A DNA stretch of 63,705 nucleotides, the filler included, from Collodictyon triciliatum (lineage: Eukaryota), in NCBI GenBank assembly GCA_043381765.1. It is 6 parts of 6 records of this genome, joined end to end, with 100 filler letters (N's around TTAATTAATTAA, not from the genome) between each part and the next. Parts side by side here need not be neighbours in the genome. Positions count along the whole stretch, not along the records: positions 49,235 to 60,110 come from JBHJMP010000451.1; positions 60,211 to 63,705 come from JBHJMP010000453.1; 4 more parts are not named here. One strand, 5' to 3'. Shown here in pieces: positions 57,773-63,705 of the stretch (positions are counted from its first letter, which is position 1; every line of letters starts with the position of its first letter). The translations under genes and the position numbers were made by a program. The notes beneath the pieces were generated by a model. That model was not told the DNA's origin. It saw only the letters and a list, made by a program, of their open reading frames with translations, and ran no database searches.

Positions 57773-58957
57773 ATGGACGCCACTCTGATCACCGCGCAAC
57801 CCACCACGCCGACCTTCGCCCGCTGCCAAAGCAGCTCAAAGTCCGCGCCGATCGTCCGCTCGCCCACGCCAACGCAGCCGCACTCCCACTCCCACCCGCA
57901 GTCTCCAATCTCCTCGCCGCACCCTTCCAAAGCCGCGTACACCTACACGCACGCAAACGTCCCTGCCTCTCCGTTCTCCTGCAACGCCGGCGGAATCCTG
58001 CGCAGCCCAAAACCCATCAAGCCTGCCTTCCCAAAGTCGCACTCCGAAAGCTGCTTCCTGAGCCCCTCCCGCCCGCTCTTTGCGCGCTTTCTCGCGCAGG
58101 CTGATTCATCCGACCCGGAGTCTCTCGCCGCACAACCGCGCAGCGCTGACTCTGTCGGAAGCGGGTCGGGCCTTCTTTCGCCGCTCCCTGCCTCATTCCC
58201 GCCCGCATCTTTGCCAGCGCAGGCACAATCCACGGCCGCGCACGAAGACTTGTGTGCGGGAGAGGAAGTCTTTAGCATATTCACGAGGCCGCAACTCACG
58301 CAGCCGCTCGTGTCGCCTTCGCCTCGCTCTCGCTTTGCCGCGCAGCAGCCTCACGCGCTGATCAACTCTCCTGCGCCGGCCGCGATCTCGACGGCCATTC
58401 GCCGAATCGACTTTGGCACGCCGGGGATTCCTTCGATCGCTGCAATTGAATCAGCACAGCCGAGTGCCTCGTCAGCTGCCTCGCCCGTGAAGAAGGCCCA
58501 CGCGGCAAAGCAGCATCTGCAGAAGCTCAAGGTTGGTTGTGTGGACTCGTGTCTTGGCTATGAATCATCCTCGTCGCCCACGTCAGAGAGCGCAGCCGGG
58601 TTGAGTCCCGGCCAGTTTGTTGCGATCGAGAAAGAGGACCAGACGCGCGGGCGTCGCTTGTTTGCTCACTCGGCTGAGGAAGAGATTCGTCGCAGTGATA
58701 ATCATGATGATAATGATGATGATGATTTCCCGGCAAGGCTGCTGTCTTGTTCGCCTCCCTGTCGCGATCTACATCCGCTGCTGTTTGAATCGCGCTTTCG
58801 TGTGTCGTCTCCGTTCAGTCACACTTTTCTGAGTTGGTCTCCGGCGCCCGAGGATGACGCGTTGCTTCGCCGTCCGGCCGCGGGTTTCTCCACTTCGTCC
58901 TCCTCGTCCTCCCCTTACGTTATGGGTGTTGGTGGTGGCGCATTCCATTACGATTAG
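57773..58957 (+). CDS. Intronless Ser/Pro/Ala-rich low-complexity protein with SPPCRDLHPLLFESRF motif
   Basis: Long GC-rich ORF from MDATLITAQ, with many SP sites. Confidence 0.65.
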   Translation: MDATLITAQPTTPTFARCQSSSKSAPIVRSPTPTQPHSHSHPQSPISSPHPSKAAYTYTHANVPASPFSCNAGGILRSPKPIKPAFPKSHSESCFLSPSRPLFARFLAQADSSDPESLAAQPRSADSVGSGSGLLSPLPASFPPASLPAQAQSTAAHEDLCAGEEVFSIFTRPQLTQPLVSPSPRSRFAAQQPHALINSPAPAAISTAIRRIDFGTPGIPSIAAIESAQPSASSAASPVKKAHAAKQHLQKLKVGCVDSCLGYESSSSPTSESAAGLSPGQFVAIEKEDQTRGRRLFAHSAEEEIRRSDNHDDNDDDDFPARLLSCSPPCRDLHPLLFESRFRVSSPFSHTFLSWSPAPEDDALLRRPAAGFSTSSSSSSPYVMGVGGGAFHYD

Positions 58958-59598
58958 GTGTCCACCATACTCGATTTTCCTCCATTATATCTCTTTATAC
59001 ATATGTTTCTCTTCTCTTTTTTTTGTTTTTGTTTTTGTTTGTTTGCTTGTTTGCTTTATGCTTTGATTTTCTCTGTCATCATACATGTTAGTTCTTTGAT
59101 GCAACTCCTTGTCCACACCATTTTCTTCTGTATCTTTTTTTTCTTTTTTTCTCTCATTATTTCTCCCATTTTCCGTACTGCTGAAATCACGCTGCTGATT
59201 CTTCCTTGTCCCTTCATCCTCATCACTTCCTCACCATGCGAAATCGTCCTCGTGTGCCTCAAAAGAAATAGAAGAGGCTCCCCGCGCTGTGTATATACAT
59301 TACTTGTAGCGCCCTTTGCCTCTTTCTCTCTTTATCTCTCTGACATCCTCACAAGATCAACCACAGCAAGAACCCGCCGCCATCCACTTCCTCTATACAT
59401 ATGCAACCCCTCTCGATTCCTGTCACAAAGTCCGCGCCGTCTTTCAAGTAATCGAATAAACTGTCCATACGCAACAAGAAGCCGACTTTGATTTGATTCC
59501 GAACCGACGCTCTGTCGTATCCTCGCCAAACATCGCCGAGTTGCGGTACCTTCTGTCAAAGTCATTGGTGGCTTTATCCCTCTCTGGAAGGCGCCTCT

Positions 59599-59944
59599 CT
59601 ACTCTGCGACGTGGACTCCCAACGCGCTGCGGATGGGGCCAAACAGCTCAGACCAGTCGATGGTCTCTGCGGCCGGGGCTGCGCTTGACGTCGGAGTTGC
59701 GCTTGCTCTCCGGAGATAGTCTACGGTTTGCTTGTGGAGAACCTGCAATTGCGCCATGAGTTGTTTGTCTGCTTTCTCATCCAGCAGCTTGAGAAGCACA
59801 GAAACTGCGCGTCCGGGGATGTTTGCAATGACACCAAAGTTGTGCCAGAATGCAAAGATGGTGGCCATGTGCAGGAACTGTGCGGGGTCTGTGGTGTCGC
59901 GAATCTGCTGGGCGATGCTTTGGCGATGCTTGTCGACATATATC
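59599..59944 (-). CDS. UFL1: E3 UFM1-protein ligase 1, last exon
   Basis: KHRQSIAQQIRDTTDPAQFLHMATIFAF...NIPGRAVSVLL matches the UFL1 C-terminal HR..L..QL...DPAL.LHL...PGR.V pattern. Confidence 0.72.
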
Positions 59945-60154
59945 CTGGGCGATGCGGTCAGCGGCGATTGGATGGTATATGGTTTGAGTTTAGATTACAA
60001 AGCTCTCCTCTTTTTTTCTTTTTTCTTTTTTCTTTTTTCTTTTTTCTTTTTTCTTTTTTCTTTTTTCTTTTTTCTTTTTTCTTTTTTCTTTTTTCTTTTT
60101 TCTTTTTTCTNNNNNNNNNNNNNNNNNNNNNNNNNNNNNNNNNNNNNNNNNNNN

Positions 60155-60166
60155 TTAATTAATTAA
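60155..60166. other. Artificial scaffold linker
   Basis: TTAATTAATTAA between N runs. Confidence 0.97.
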
Positions 60167-60380
60167 NNNNNNNNNNNNNNNNNNNNNNNNNNNNNNNNNN
60201 NNNNNNNNNNCATACATACATACATACATACATACATACATACATACATACATACATACATACATACATACATACATACATACATACATACATACATACA
60301 TACGCACTCCTATTGAATCTGAAATCTGGATTCCACCAAATTTTATTTAATGAATAAATGAGGCATTCGCTTGTTTGCAA

Positions 60381-63092
<2,712 letters not shown>

Positions 63093-63653
63093 TTTCAATT
63101 TCGGTTGCCAATTATCCAAGCGAGAGAAAGCCAGGATATGCATGGGGAATATTACAAAGACTGATGGATGCGTTGCATATCTCGACAATATTGTTGTCCA
63201 ACACATAGTGATGAGATTTTTGTGGGAGACGTCCTCTGAACATGGAGTTTGGTTTGTTGGGTATGGCGTGTGGAATACCGAACTCTCTGTTGAGGCTGCA
63301 ATTCTCAAGGGTGATGCTGTATCTTGCTTCTCACTCATGTCTTTGACCAGCCTTTCTGCCAACCACACCGCCACGCCCTGAATAGAGATGTTTGAGTGCG
63401 TGCTCATTGGACCTCTGTCTGTGTGCACCATATCTCTTTCATTAACTTACATATGCCCTTCGTTTCTTTTCTTACGTTTTAGTCTTTGTTTAATGTTTTG
63501 ATGTTTTGATTTATTGCGTTTTCTATTTATTTATTTCTTTATATTTATATTTTCATTTTTTTGTGTTTTTGTTTGTATTTTATTTCGTTTTTCATGGTTT
63601 TATGTTTTCTTTATTTTAAGTTTTTTTTGTTTTTTTGTTTTTTTTTGTTTTTT

Positions 63654-63684
<31 letters not shown>

Positions 63685-63705
63685 TTTTTTTTTTTGTTTT
63701 TTTTT

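Overview
Eukaryotic (probably protist) draft genome sequence: AT-rich, intron-dense, standard genetic code, mostly GT-AG introns that often carry microsatellites. The window is six unrelated scaffolds joined by artificial N-TTAATTAATTAA-N linkers. I reconstructed the genes by hand across introns: a TBC Rab-GAP, two tandem TVP15/COPI-associated paralogs, a PP2C phosphatase ending in CaaX, SVIP, one ~1435-aa pseudokinase-SAM-LRR-WD40 gene, eIF2B-beta, a MyTH4-FERM-SH3-MyTH4-FERM (myosin VII-type) tail, an IQ-motif protein, a NEPRO/Rmp1-like gene, tRNA-Asn, a GPS single-pass membrane protein, a USP44/49-like gene, an ADCY10-like soluble adenylyl cyclase, a RING/B-box protein, a YeiH-family transporter, a Ser/Pro-rich protein, the UFL1 C-terminus and a GT92-like glycosyltransferase. 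The strongest unexplained signal is two families of ultra-short (about 18-77 nt) poly(A)-tailed insertions flanked by 12-18 nt target-site duplications. They recur on five different scaffolds, and a decayed L1/Tx1-type retrotransposon is also present. Other notable items are a U12-type intron candidate in the YeiH gene, a GC-AG intron, micro-exons and several catalytic-residue substitutions. Gene models and family assignments come from manual reading and motif recognition; no database searches were run.
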